Part shown: positions 9,566 to 19,603 of the stretch, piece after piece
How positions within the stretch are numbered: the stretch's first letter is position 1
How the letters are laid out: every line of letters starts with the position of its first letter
Assembly: GCA_019429055.1 (NCBI GenBank)
Contig: JAHYJP010000001.1
Location: 1-60,684 of the forward strand
DNA: 60,684 nt
Direction: 5' to 3'
Source: Bacteroidales bacterium
GTDB lineage: Bacteria > Bacteroidota > Bacteroidia > Bacteroidales > UBA7960
Notes under the pieces: generated by a model
What the model was told of the DNA's origin: nothing
The model's input: the letters and a program-made list of their open reading frames with translations, nothing else
Database searches by the model: none
Position numbers and translations under genes: made by a program

Positions 9566-12043
9566 ATGAACAAAATTTTTTTCCCGATATTATTATTTTT
9601 CATTTCCTTCTTTCCTTTAACTGCTCAGAATATCATCACGGGCGTTGTAAAAGATGCTGACAACCAGTCTGCCCTTGAATTTTCTCAGATTGCCCTGATG
9701 GAAAGGCAGGATAGTACTCTCGTTACAGGTGCCACTTCAGATCTGGAGGGCAGATTCAGGATCGAAACCCGCCGCGAGGGTGACTTCTTACTCAGGGTAA
9801 GTTTTATTGGTTTTGAAGAGTTATGGATGCCTGTAACCATTGAATCCGGGCGAAACAATCTGGGCAAGATTTATCTTGTCTCAGGTGCTCACCAACTAAG
9901 TGAAGTCCAGGTTACAGCGGCTGCAGCCCTTTTTCGCTCTGAGGCCGATCGTCGTATTTTCAATGTGGAAAACATGACCGTAGCCGAGGGGGGTACTGCC
10001 ATTCAACTGCTCGAAACTCTTCCTTCTGTTCAGGTTGACGAGGAAGGAAACCTTTCCCTTCGTGGAAGCGGTAATATTCTCATTTATATTAACGGGCGAC
10101 CCACTAACCTTTCGAGCGATGATACTGAATCCATACTTGAGCAGTATCCTGCCAATGCAATAAAGGAAGTTGAGCTGATTACCAATCCGTCGGCCAGGTA
10201 TGAAGCCGAAGGTGTAGGTGGTATCATTAACATCATTTTAAAAGAGCAGCGATTGCAAGGTTTTAATGGTCAGGTTAACCTTTCTTCGGGAACAGGTAAC
10301 AAATACACAGGTGGTATAAATCTAAACCTTCGTCAGGGCGACTGGAATTTTTTCACCAATTACTCTTACCAGTATCGCGAAATGTGGGAGATCAACAACA
10401 GCTACAGGGAAAATTTCGTCCCCGGTCTCACTCCCGTTCTCGATCAGGACTATTATACTGAAAACTGGAATCAGGGTCACCTATTAAGATTCGGAACAGA
10501 ATATTTTATCAACCCCAACAGCTCTTTACGTGCCTACACAAACATTAATGCCCGCAGCCGCGACCGTGAAAGAATTTACAATATACGCAGCATGAGCCCT
10601 TCAATGGATCTTGACAGTATGTACATTCGTCTGCTTGAAGAAGATCAGAACCGCATCAATTATGAAGCTGGTGCCGACTATGGCTGGCAAAATGACAACG
10701 GACGACGTTTTCGGGCCTCTGCAACCTATGCATGGGATAATCAGGACAGGATAGAGTACTTTGATCAGACCTATTATGACAGTAACATGCAGCCCATTGA
10801 TGACAGACATGCTGATCAGTTTTACGAAAGACCTCTTTCAGGCAGCATGCTGGTCCTTCAGGCAGATTTTGAAGAAAATATTGGCGAAAACATGAGACTG
10901 GAAACCGGATTACGCAGTGAAATGCGTTTTGACGACCGGTCGCAGAATTTCGGTCAGTTTAACAGTCAAACGGAAAATTACCAGGATATTGTGCTAAATG
11001 GAATTCCGGTAAGCAATGCCTTTACCTATGAAAGAAATATTCATGCTGCTTACGTTTCTTTTACTGACAACAGAGGGGCCCTCAGCTACCAGATTGGGCT
11101 CAGGGGTGAATACACTGATACGGAAGCCTGGCAGGATTACGGGCTCAGAAGTGGTTTTCTGGATGATGAAAACTTTCAACCGGTAAGAGATACAGTTACT
11201 ACGGATAGCTATTTTCGTCTTTTCCCAAGTGTGTTCCTCAATTACAGGATAAGTGATAATCAGGATATCCAGGCAAGTTACAGCAGGCGAATAAGGAGGC
11301 CCGGAACGGGTAACATGATGCCTTTCCTTAATGCACAGGACTTTTTCAACCTGCGACTGGGTAATCCATACCTTCAGCCAGCAAGCACCAATAATTTCGA
11401 GATCAACTACATAAGAGCATGGGAAAATTATATGGTTACCGGTGGAGTTTTTCACCGTTATACTACCGATGCCCATTCACGACTTTTTGTTCTCTTTAAC
11501 CAGGGCTCAATGGTAACCTGGTCTAATGCAAATACCACCAATGCAACCGGTGTAGAGTTGATCAACTATTTTACATGGAATGATAATTTTGATGCAACAC
11601 TCACAGCCAATTACTTTTATTCACAGGTATCAAGTGAAGTAGAGGGTCGTAGCTTCAGCAATGAAAGTTACAGCTGGACACTGAGTTTGATGGGCAACAA
11701 GAACTTCCCCGGAATATTCAGCACCCAGGTGTCAGCCAATTACTGGGGTCCGAGAGTCATTCCCCAGGGTATGATACGTTCAGTTTTCAGTATGAATATC
11801 GGATTACGGCGCAATGTATTCAATAACCAGGGTACTGTAAGTTTAAATGTGAGTGATGTATTTAACACACGACGGTTTTCACTTGAAACCAATGGCAACG
11901 ACTTCTTACAGGAGAGAGAGTTTTATCGTGAATCCAGGGTACTTACCCTTTCATTTACCTGGCGTTTCCGCGACTATCGCGACAGAAACGGCAGTCGTAA
12001 TGGGGGCAACGGGTTTGAGGGAGATATGGATAGTCTGTTCTAA
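9566..12043 (+). CDS. TonB-dependent receptor-like outer membrane beta-barrel protein with CarboxypepD_reg domain
   Basis: The protein has a signal peptide, a CarboxypepD_reg segment (ITGVVKDADNQSALEFSQIALMER...LEGRFRI) and a plug-like segment (TAIQLLETLPSVQVDEEGNLSLRGSGNILIYINGRP). A long beta-barrel region follows, ending in DSLF. Confidence 0.85.
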   Translation: MNKIFFPILLFFISFFPLTAQNIITGVVKDADNQSALEFSQIALMERQDSTLVTGATSDLEGRFRIETRREGDFLLRVSFIGFEELWMPVTIESGRNNLGKIYLVSGAHQLSEVQVTAAAALFRSEADRRIFNVENMTVAEGGTAIQLLETLPSVQVDEEGNLSLRGSGNILIYINGRPTNLSSDDTESILEQYPANAIKEVELITNPSARYEAEGVGGIINIILKEQRLQGFNGQVNLSSGTGNKYTGGINLNLRQGDWNFFTNYSYQYREMWEINNSYRENFVPGLTPVLDQDYYTENWNQGHLLRFGTEYFINPNSSLRAYTNINARSRDRERIYNIRSMSPSMDLDSMYIRLLEEDQNRINYEAGADYGWQNDNGRRFRASATYAWDNQDRIEYFDQTYYDSNMQPIDDRHADQFYERPLSGSMLVLQADFEENIGENMRLETGLRSEMRFDDRSQNFGQFNSQTENYQDIVLNGIPVSNAFTYERNIHAAYVSFTDNRGALSYQIGLRGEYTDTEAWQDYGLRSGFLDDENFQPVRDTVTTDSYFRLFPSVFLNYRISDNQDIQASYSRRIRRPGTGNMMPFLNAQDFFNLRLGNPYLQPASTNNFEINYIRAWENYMVTGGVFHRYTTDAHSRLFVLFNQGSMVTWSNANTTNATGVELINYFTWNDNFDATLTANYFYSQVSSEVEGRSFSNESYSWTLSLMGNKNFPGIFSTQVSANYWGPRVIPQGMIRSVFSMNIGLRRNVFNNQGTVSLNVSDVFNTRRFSLETNGNDFLQEREFYRESRVLTLSFTWRFRDYRDRNGSRNGGNGFEGDMDSLF

Positions 12044-13095
12044 AGCTTAAGCAATTCAAGATCGCCCACAAATTCAAGCCCTGAGTGCCGGCCGGTTCCA
12101 TTGAAAACAGGATTACCGTCCTTATCTGAAACGGTAACATGAATTTCCGCATCAATACTTTCGTGTATGATTCTGTCCATATTTCCCAACACAGGTGCTT
12201 TTAATCCGCCCTTCCCGGTTTTTGTATCATGATGCTGAGCTTTCACACCATGAATATGAATGATATATTTGCTACCTTCAATGGTAATATTCACCTCCCG
12301 ATCGGTATATAAAAGTTTGGAAATTTCTGCACCGGTATAAGTGGCAAAGTTGATCAATTCATTATCATGAAGAAAGAATCCCAGAAAACCGGTAAACGTA
12401 TTGCCTATCCAGGGGATACGTGCTATTGACAGCATAAATGATGTGCCGGCATTTTCAAAATGATTCGATTGCATCCAGATCCAGGCTTTGGGCATGGATG
12501 ATCCCCAGTCTTTCTCAATGTATCCGCGACCCCCGGTAAAATCAATTTGCCACTCATTGTGCTTTATGTAGCCTCTTAAACCATGATCGAGACTTACAAC
12601 ACCATGATAACATTCCATAAACGGCACATAACGATACCAGCCCATAATACCCGGGCGGGAAATACTCACCGGAAACTCAGTGATATCTTCAAAAAATACT
12701 TCGGCATTGAAACTATGAGTACCATCATTAAGATCAAGAAAAAATTTTTCTGATGAAAAATAGTTTTTCCCTACCCAAACCTCAAACTTATCATCAGAGA
12801 AAGCAAACTGATCAGCCGGATACCTGAAGTAAAAAGTTTCGCCGGTTTGTCCGTTAATGGCCTGAACGAATGCATGAGAATCACCATCATTCAATGAAAT
12901 CCCGGGAATAAACGACCAGCTGTCCAGTCCATCGGCACTTACATTTTTGAAATACCATCCCTCAAAATATTTTTTATCTTCGCGATTTCCCTGAAACCAA
13001 TGGGGTTTAAAAACTTTCCTGAGATCATAAATACCTGAAGGTTTTTGAAAAGGTTTTAACAGGAAAGGCCTGCGTATTTTTGATGAATTTTGCAT
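12040..13095 (-). CDS. tocopherol cyclase family (PF14249-like) protein
   Basis: KPHWFQGNREDKKYFEGWYFK and YIEKDWGSSMPKAWIWMQSNHF resemble, from memory, the conserved N-terminal and central motifs of cyanobacterial/plant tocopherol cyclase. The gene lies 24 nt downstream of sufS on the same strand. Confidence 0.65.
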   Translation of the reverse strand: MQNSSKIRRPFLLKPFQKPSGIYDLRKVFKPHWFQGNREDKKYFEGWYFKNVSADGLDSWSFIPGISLNDGDSHAFVQAINGQTGETFYFRYPADQFAFSDDKFEVWVGKNYFSSEKFFLDLNDGTHSFNAEVFFEDITEFPVSISRPGIMGWYRYVPFMECYHGVVSLDHGLRGYIKHNEWQIDFTGGRGYIEKDWGSSMPKAWIWMQSNHFENAGTSFMLSIARIPWIGNTFTGFLGFFLHDNELINFATYTGAEISKLLYTDREVNITIEGSKYIIHIHGVKAQHHDTKTGKGGLKAPVLGNMDRIIHESIDAEIHVTVSDKDGNPVFNGTGRHSGLEFVGDLELLKL

Positions 13096-13119
13096 GATTT
13101 TGTGTTTTAAACTCAGGAA

Positions 13120-14340
13120 TTATCCAAACATCTCCCTTACTGTATGCAACCCATCAATGAGTTTGTCTATTTCCTGTTTTGAATTGTAAACTCCAAATGA
13201 AACTCTAACAGTACCGGGGATGCCAAAAAAGTCCATAACAGGTTGGGCGCAATGATGACCGGTTCGTAAAGCGATGCCCAGTTTGTCAAGGATAGTACCT
13301 GTATCGTATGGGTGTATATCCGTAAAAATAAAAGAAATTACAGATGTTTTTTCAGGAGCCGTGCCTATGAATCTGATATTATCGAGCTCAGAAAGCCTTT
13401 TAGTGGCATAATCAAGAAGTTCATTTTCATGAATGGCAATTTCATCATAACGAAGGTATGATAAGAACCTGATAGCCGCTTCCATACCCAGAACATCGCC
13501 TACATTGGGTGTACCGGCTTCAAATTTGAAAGGCAGTTCGTTGTAGGTTGTTTTTTCGAATGTAACTTCTTTTATCATTTCTCCCCCACCCTGGTAAGGT
13601 GGCAATTGATTGAGCCAGTCTTCCTTCCCGTAAAGAACTCCCACACCCATAGGACCATAAATTTTATGTCCTGAGAAACAATAAAAATCACAATCCAGTT
13701 CCTGCACGTTCACCTTCATATGCGAAAGAGCCTGTGCTCCGTCAATCAATACAGGAATATCCTTTTCGTGCGCCAGATCAATGATCTCCTTCACGGGATT
13801 TATCGTACCCAGCGCATTACTCACATGGGTAACAGCCACCATTCGGGTTTTGGAGTTCAACAATTTTCTATAAGCTTCCATATCCAGCACCCCCTTATCA
13901 TCCATGGGGATGACTTTGAGAACTGCGCCATGATTTTCGCAGGCCATTTGCCAGGGAACGATATTGGAATGGTGTTCCATAGCTGAAATAATGACCTCAT
14001 CTCCTGCTTTAAGAAATTTCTTTGAATAGGAATAAGCAACCAGGTTAATGGCTTCTGTAGTACCTCTGGTGAAGATTATTTCATGACTGAAAGCAGCATT
14101 CAAAAACATCTGAACCGTTTTCCTGGCTTCCTCGTAAGCGTCGGTGGCCTGCTGGCTCAGGTAATGAGCAGCACGGTGAATGTTACTGTTTTCCCTGCTG
14201 TAATACTGCAATATACGCTCAATTACGGCTTTGGGTTTTTGGGTAGTAGCAGCGTTGTCGAAATAAATGAGCGGACGTTTATTGACTTCCTGTTGTAATG
14301 CAGGAAATTCGCGTCGCAACTGTTCGATATTAAAGGGCAT
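13120..14340 (-). CDS. sufS: cysteine desulfurase, SufS type (class V aminotransferase)
   Basis: Motifs seen are FDNAATTQKP, HHSNIVPWQ, the PLP lysine in SGHKIYGPMGVG and the active-site Cys in RTGHHCAQP. The gene sits in suf operon context. Confidence 0.95.
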   Translation of the reverse strand: MPFNIEQLRREFPALQQEVNKRPLIYFDNAATTQKPKAVIERILQYYSRENSNIHRAAHYLSQQATDAYEEARKTVQMFLNAAFSHEIIFTRGTTEAINLVAYSYSKKFLKAGDEVIISAMEHHSNIVPWQMACENHGAVLKVIPMDDKGVLDMEAYRKLLNSKTRMVAVTHVSNALGTINPVKEIIDLAHEKDIPVLIDGAQALSHMKVNVQELDCDFYCFSGHKIYGPMGVGVLYGKEDWLNQLPPYQGGGEMIKEVTFEKTTYNELPFKFEAGTPNVGDVLGMEAAIRFLSYLRYDEIAIHENELLDYATKRLSELDNIRFIGTAPEKTSVISFIFTDIHPYDTGTILDKLGIALRTGHHCAQPVMDFFGIPGTVRVSFGVYNSKQEIDKLIDGLHTVREMFG

Positions 14341-14436
14341 TTATGCTTTTTTTGAAGATATTAATAAATCCATTTTCAGTTATCTGAAAGAATTAAGCTT
14401 TGTGAAAACCATATGAGCACAATTGCCGGAAGTTTT

Positions 14437-15846
14437 TTACAACTTACTCACATCAATATTGAAAACTGTGGGTTCTTTGGTGTTGCAGTGAAGCATACAT
14501 TGATCACAAATAGAAAGTTCGCCTTTTAGACGTTTTTCCACCAGGTGATCAATTCGTTCCTTCAGGGGCTCAATGGAAATACGTCGCACTACTTCTGCTG
14601 CAAATGCGTACATGAGTAATTGACGGGCCGCACGTTCGTTAAGTCCACGAGAACGAAGGTAGAACATTGCTTCCTGATCAAGCTGACCCACAGTGGCACC
14701 GTGGCTGCATTTAACATCATCGGCATAAATTTCCAGCTGAGGTTGTGTATTTGCCTTGGCATCATCGGTCAGCAATATATTTTTGTTATTCTGGTAGGCC
14801 AGTGTTTTCTGAGCATCGCGTCTCACCATAATTTTGCCACTGAATACTGCGGTGGCTTCATCGTCAAGAATACCTTTGTAGAGTTGCTCGCTGGTGCAAT
14901 TGGGAGCCGCATGATCAACCTCAAGCTGGTTATCAACATGCTGATTGCTGTCAACCAGGTAAAGCCCGTTGTGAGTGGCATTGCACTCAGGTTCTTCCAG
15001 CAACGAATACACAATATTTTTTGTAAATCCGCCATTGAGCGTCAATGCACTTGAAGTAAGTTTACTATGCTGTTTCTGACTGAAAAAGCTGCTGTTGATG
15101 ACTGCCGAATTATGACCTTTATTCTGAATTTTGTAAAAATCCAGCTCAGCATTTTTAGCAAGGAAAGCTTCCGATACACTATTGGTAAAACTGATATTGT
15201 GTGTCAGAGAATGATCGCAATGCACCAAAGTAAGCTGACTGTCTTTTTCCTGAATGATCAGATGCCGGGGTTGAAACATTACCGGTCTCTCTGAATTAAC
15301 AATATTGATCAACTGAATAGGTTTGTCAACCTTAACATCTTCGGGTACATAAATGAAAAGTCCGTCCTGGAAAAAGGCAGTATTTAATGCTGTCAGCCCT
15401 GGCTGCTCCAGGGGGGCAATTTTACCCAGATACTTGCTGACCAGCTCCGGATATACTTCCATGGCTTTGGAGAGGCTGCCGATAATGGTACCGTTTTTCA
15501 GAGTTGTCAGCGGAGCATTCTGATATACAAACCATCCGTTAAGCAATGTTACACTGAAGGTATCAAGATCATACACATCGCAGGAAAAAATCTTTTCAAT
15601 ATCAAACGGGCGGCTTTGATTGGTAAAATCAAAATCATACACGGTCCGCAGCAAAGGATCCAGATCTGTAAATCTCCAGTTTTCAGTAGTAATATCGGGG
15701 AAGCCCTTGGTTTTGACAGTTTCAATAGCCTTTTGCCTCAAAAGGGAAATCGATTCAGGTTCATTTCCCCTGATCAGATCAATATTGCCCTTGAAAAGGT
15801 CAATCATTCGCTGCTCAGTACTAATATTCTCAGTGATATTTTGCAT
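14437..15846 (-). CDS. sufD: Fe-S cluster assembly protein SufD
   Basis: The ORF extends to 15903, but the ATG at 15846 lies 17 nt after the sufC stop. The C-terminal SufBD-type beta-helix region includes AKANTQPQLEIYADDVKCSHGATVGQLD. The gene lies between sufC and sufS. Confidence 0.9.
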   Translation of the reverse strand: MQNITENISTEQRMIDLFKGNIDLIRGNEPESISLLRQKAIETVKTKGFPDITTENWRFTDLDPLLRTVYDFDFTNQSRPFDIEKIFSCDVYDLDTFSVTLLNGWFVYQNAPLTTLKNGTIIGSLSKAMEVYPELVSKYLGKIAPLEQPGLTALNTAFFQDGLFIYVPEDVKVDKPIQLINIVNSERPVMFQPRHLIIQEKDSQLTLVHCDHSLTHNISFTNSVSEAFLAKNAELDFYKIQNKGHNSAVINSSFFSQKQHSKLTSSALTLNGGFTKNIVYSLLEEPECNATHNGLYLVDSNQHVDNQLEVDHAAPNCTSEQLYKGILDDEATAVFSGKIMVRRDAQKTLAYQNNKNILLTDDAKANTQPQLEIYADDVKCSHGATVGQLDQEAMFYLRSRGLNERAARQLLMYAFAAEVVRRISIEPLKERIDHLVEKRLKGELSICDQCMLHCNTKEPTVFNIDVSKL

Positions 15847-15863
15847 ATTCCAGAAATTACTTT

Positions 15864-16628
15864 TTATATGGCTTCCTGCACACCCGCTTCTTTCCTGATC
15901 CATTCATAGCCTTTGTCTTCCAGTTCAAAAGCCAGTTCTTTACCTCCACTCTTCACTATTCTTCCATCATATAAAACATGAACATAATCAGGAACTATAT
16001 AATCAAGCAATCTTTGATAATGTGTAATCAGGATGGTAGAATTTTCGGGGCTCCGAAGTTTATTAACACCATGGGCCACTACTTTCATGGCATCAATGTC
16101 GAGCCCTGAGTCTGTTTCGTCAAGAATAGCAAGTTTGGGTTCAAGCATTGCCATCTGAAAAATTTCATTCTTTTTCTTTTCGCCACCTGAAAAACCTTCA
16201 TTTACGGAGCGGTTGGTGAGCTTTGAATGAATATCCACAAGCTTTTTCCGGTTTTCCATAAGCTTCAGAAACTCAGCGCCACTGAGTGGTTCCAAACCCA
16301 GGTATTTTCTTTTTTCGTTTATGGCAGTACGCATGAAGTTGGCCATGCTTACACCCGGTATTTCCACAGGATACTGGAAACCCAGGAAAATACCTTCACG
16401 GGCACGGATCTCCGGATCCATTTCAAGAAGATCGTGCCCCATATATGTAATAGAACCTTCATCAACGTCGAAAAGGTCGCGACCTGCAATTACAGAAGCC
16501 AGAGTACTTTTTCCGGTACCATTGGGGCCCATTATAGCATGCACCTCACCCTTCTTTACTTCAAGATTAAAGTCTTTTAATATGGTTTTTCCATTAATGG
16601 AAACCTTAAGATGTTTTATACTAAGCAT
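15864..16628 (-). CDS. sufC: Fe-S cluster assembly ATPase SufC
   Basis: Walker A is GPNGTGKST, the ABC signature is FSGGEKKK and Walker B is LAILDETDSGLD. Confidence 0.95.
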   Translation of the reverse strand: MLSIKHLKVSINGKTILKDFNLEVKKGEVHAIMGPNGTGKSTLASVIAGRDLFDVDEGSITYMGHDLLEMDPEIRAREGIFLGFQYPVEIPGVSMANFMRTAINEKRKYLGLEPLSGAEFLKLMENRKKLVDIHSKLTNRSVNEGFSGGEKKKNEIFQMAMLEPKLAILDETDSGLDIDAMKVVAHGVNKLRSPENSTILITHYQRLLDYIVPDYVHVLYDGRIVKSGGKELAFELEDKGYEWIRKEAGVQEAI

Positions 16629-16634
16629 TTTGTA

Positions 16635-16868
16635 TTATTCTTTAGATTTTTCGATCAGTTCTTTAAATGATTTGAGATTTGTTGCATACCTGGTAAAGAA
16701 AATTTTGGCAAATTCTTTAAAGGCTTCTTCATTAAACTCACCGGTTTCTTCCATAAGTAAAATTACCCTAACCTCCTTTTGGTTCATATCTTTTATCTTA
16801 GCAAACATTTCGTCAGGTATGGATAATTTATTGTTTTCTACTTTTGATTTAAAAGCTATTGTTTTCAT
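16635..16868 (-). CDS. small hypothetical protein (77 aa) inserted between sufB and sufC
   Basis: ATG-initiated ORF lying 55 nt after the sufB stop and 6 nt before the sufC start. It looks visibly more AT-rich than its neighbours. The N-terminus (KSKVENNKLSIPDEMFAKIKDMNQKEVRVILL) is reminiscent of AbrB/SpoVT-like swapped-hairpin antitoxin folds. This is a weak similarity judged by eye. Confidence 0.5.
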   Translation of the reverse strand: MKTIAFKSKVENNKLSIPDEMFAKIKDMNQKEVRVILLMEETGEFNEEAFKEFAKIFFTRYATNLKSFKELIEKSKE

Positions 16869-16923
16869 AATACATTTTTAAAGCTGTTTTTTAAAGAAAT
16901 TGGGAAGAGTATTTTGAGTTTTA

Positions 16924-18375
16924 TCAGCCAACACTGCCTTCCAGGCTAATGGATAAAAGTTTTTGTGCTTCAACAGCAAACTCCATCGGCAGTTTGTTGA
17001 GAACTTCCTTGGCATAGCCATTTACGATAAGGCCAATGGCTGCTTCCATATCCATACCTCTTTGCAGGCAATAAAACAGCTGGTCTTCGGAAATTTTACT
17101 GGTTGTTGCTTCATGCTCAACAATGGTAGATTTGTTCCCTACCTCAACATATGGAAAAGTATGTGCGCCACATTTATCTCCCAGCAGCAATGAGTCGCAT
17201 TGAGAGAAGTTACGTGCATTTTCAGCTCTTCTCGAAGATTTTACCAATCCCCGGTAGCTGTTATTACTTTGTCCGGCTGAAATACCTTTTGAGATAATAG
17301 TACTCCTGGTATTTTTACCAAGGTGTATCATTTTGGTGCCGGTATCGGCCTGTTGCATATTATTGGTAACTGCTACGGAATAGAACTCACCTTTGGAGTT
17401 ATCTCCGAGTAAAACAACACTGGGATATTTCCAGGTAATTGCAGAACCGGTTTCAACCTGTGTCCAGGAGATCTTTGAATTTTCGCCTTCGCAGATTCCC
17501 CGCTTCGTTACAAAGTTGTAAACCCCTCCACGTCCTTTTTTATCGCCGGGCCACCAGTTCTGAACAGTGGAGTACTTCACTTCTGCATCCTTCATAGCAA
17601 CAATTTCAACAATAGCTGCGTGTAGCTGGTTTTCATCGCGCATGGGAGCGGTACAGCCTTCCATATAACTAACATAACTGCCCTCTTCGGCCACTATGAG
17701 TGTACGTTCAAACTGACCGGTGTTGGCAGCATTAATACGGAAATAGGTAGATAATTCAAGCGGGCATCTCACTCCTTTGGGAATGTAACAGAAAGATCCA
17801 TCACTGAAAACTGCTGAATTAAGTGCAGCATAATAATTATCAGTATAAGGAACCACACTGCCCATGTATTTTTTAATAAGTTCGGGATGCTTCTGAACAG
17901 CTTCACTGAAGGAGCAAAAAATAATTCCTTTTTCTGCAAGGGTTTCTCTAAATGTGGTTGCTACAGATACACTATCCATAACTGCATCTACAGCAACACC
18001 GGCAAGCATCTTTTGCTCTTCGAGCGGGATACCAAGCTTTTCAAAAGTTTCAAGTAATTCGGGGTCAACTTCATCCAGGCTTTCGTATTGGGGCTTTTTC
18101 CTGGGTGCTGAGTAGTAAATAATATCCTGAAAGTCAATGGGAGGATAGTGTACATGAGCCCATTTGGGTTCTTTCATAGTTTGCCAGTGACGGAAAGCTT
18201 TCAACCTGAACTCAAGCATAAACTCAGGCTCATTTTTCCTGGCTGATATGAAACGAATGGTATCCTCGTTCAGTCCCTTAGGGGCCTGATCCATTTCCAT
18301 ATCAGTATAAAATCCATATTTATACTCGGCACTGGTTAATTCATCCAGTATGTCATTATTTTTATCTTCTGCCAT
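16924..18375 (-). CDS. sufB: Fe-S cluster assembly protein SufB
   Basis: 483 aa with highly conserved SufB segments: [74 protein letters not shown]. Confidence 0.95.
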   Translation of the reverse strand: MAEDKNNDILDELTSAEYKYGFYTDMEMDQAPKGLNEDTIRFISARKNEPEFMLEFRLKAFRHWQTMKEPKWAHVHYPPIDFQDIIYYSAPRKKPQYESLDEVDPELLETFEKLGIPLEEQKMLAGVAVDAVMDSVSVATTFRETLAEKGIIFCSFSEAVQKHPELIKKYMGSVVPYTDNYYAALNSAVFSDGSFCYIPKGVRCPLELSTYFRINAANTGQFERTLIVAEEGSYVSYMEGCTAPMRDENQLHAAIVEIVAMKDAEVKYSTVQNWWPGDKKGRGGVYNFVTKRGICEGENSKISWTQVETGSAITWKYPSVVLLGDNSKGEFYSVAVTNNMQQADTGTKMIHLGKNTRSTIISKGISAGQSNNSYRGLVKSSRRAENARNFSQCDSLLLGDKCGAHTFPYVEVGNKSTIVEHEATTSKISEDQLFYCLQRGMDMEAAIGLIVNGYAKEVLNKLPMEFAVEAQKLLSISLEGSVG

Positions 18376-18628
18376 TTAATTATTTCCTTAAAAGGTCAAT
18401 TTTACTGTAATTTATAACAAATAAGGACCATTGTTGTTGATGAATTCTTATCTAAATTCAGCCCCTTATGCTTATTTAGATTAATTACAAATTGCGATGC
18501 AAATATACAAAACCCTTGATACTTAATCAAAAGAAAAGTTGCATAGTTTCTGATTTTACACAAGTTTTTCACATCCAAAAATACAGCTCAGATTCCGGCA
18601 ACTTAAATTGAATTTATTTACTTTGGAT

Positions 18629-18775
18629 TACTGGCTCAATACTTTTCCATATCATATTGCTATGCCCGCAATGCCTTTTATAGTTGCAGCCCTTATACTG
18701 ACCTTGTTAACAGTCGGTTTTCATGTTATAAAAGCTTCGCAAAGCAATCCTGCAGAACCCTTGAAAAGCGAATAA
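18629..18775 (+). pseudogene. C-terminal relic of an FtsX/MacB-type ABC transporter permease
   Basis: The frame is open only from 18554. Translation YWLNTFPYHIAMPAMPFIVAALILTLLTVGFHVIKASQSNPAEPLKSE* matches the characteristic last TM helix and the ...NP..SLRSE tail of Bacteroidota FtsX-family permeases. No upstream coding sequence remains. Confidence 0.7.
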
Positions 18776-18798
18776 AAAAAGCTGCCTTTTCAGGCAGC
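18774..18798 (-). terminator. intrinsic terminator after the response-regulator gene
   Basis: Stem GCTGCC (18781-86) pairs with GGCAGC (18793-98) around a 6-nt loop. On the minus strand it is followed by a T7 run (plus-strand A-run 18774-18780). It lies 65 nt downstream of the RR stop and also closes the plus-strand permease relic. Confidence 0.6.
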
Positions 18799-18862
18799 TT
18801 AAATAAATTTTCCCGGGGTTTGATTCATAAAATTCCCGAAAAGAGATCATTGCTTATCAATC

Positions 18863-19579
18863 TTACTCTACACTTGCATCTTCGTTAACAATAAGTTTGA
18901 ATCCTTTACCGTGCACATTGAGTAATTCAACATTGGGATCTTTCTTCAGGTACTTGCGTAATTTGGCAATGTAAACATCCATGCTTCGGGCATTAAAATA
19001 ATTATCGTCAAGCCATATCTTTTTCAGTGCCAGTGAACGGTCAAGAACATCATTGGTAAAGTCGCAGAGCATTTTTAAAAGCTGTGCTTCTTTGGATGTA
19101 AGTTTCTGCTCATCTCCTTTAAAATTGAGTATCTGCCTTGAGAAATCAAAGGTGTAAGACCCGATGTGGAAGAATGTTTTTTGCGATTCTGATGCATCCT
19201 CAATATTGGATCGCCTCAGGATGGCATTGATACGCAACAAAAGTTCATCCATGCTGAAAGGCTTGGTGAGATAATCATCCGCACCGATTTTCAGGCCTTC
19301 AATAATATCTTCCTGCATGGATTTAGCCGTAAGGAAAAGAATAGGTACTTTCTTGTCAATTTTTCTGATTTCCCTGGCAAGGGTAAATCCGTCCTTTTCG
19401 GGCATCATAACATCAAAAATGCAGAAGTCGAATGACTCTTTCAGAAACATACTATATGCTTCTACGCCATTAACAGCAAGCTTTGCAGGAAAGCCTTTGG
19501 CCTCCAGGAAAGCTTTGAGGATAGTTCCCAGGTTGGGATCATCTTCTGCTAATAAAATTTTTATCTTTTTAGTATCCAT
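18863..19579 (-). CDS. OmpR/PhoB-family response regulator
   Basis: The ORF to 19600 starts at a TTG; ATG at 19579 gives MDTKKIKILLAEDD. Receiver motifs are FDVMMPEKDG, LTAKS and LTKPF. The winged-helix output has LTSKEAQLLKML...YIAKLRKYL...GKGFKL. Confidence 0.9.
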   Translation of the reverse strand: MDTKKIKILLAEDDPNLGTILKAFLEAKGFPAKLAVNGVEAYSMFLKESFDFCIFDVMMPEKDGFTLAREIRKIDKKVPILFLTAKSMQEDIIEGLKIGADDYLTKPFSMDELLLRINAILRRSNIEDASESQKTFFHIGSYTFDFSRQILNFKGDEQKLTSKEAQLLKMLCDFTNDVLDRSLALKKIWLDDNYFNARSMDVYIAKLRKYLKKDPNVELLNVHGKGFKLIVNEDASVE

Positions 19580-19603
19580 AATATTAAACCTCCTAATCAA
19601 ATT

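Noticed and set aside
12040-12043. Overlapping convergent gene ends: the TBDR and the tocopherol-cyclase-like gene overlap by 4 nt. The ATP-cone gene and the lipoprotein gene overlap by 17 nt at 25148-25164.
   Set aside because: Short convergent overlaps are common in compact bacterial genomes. There is no evidence of functional significance.
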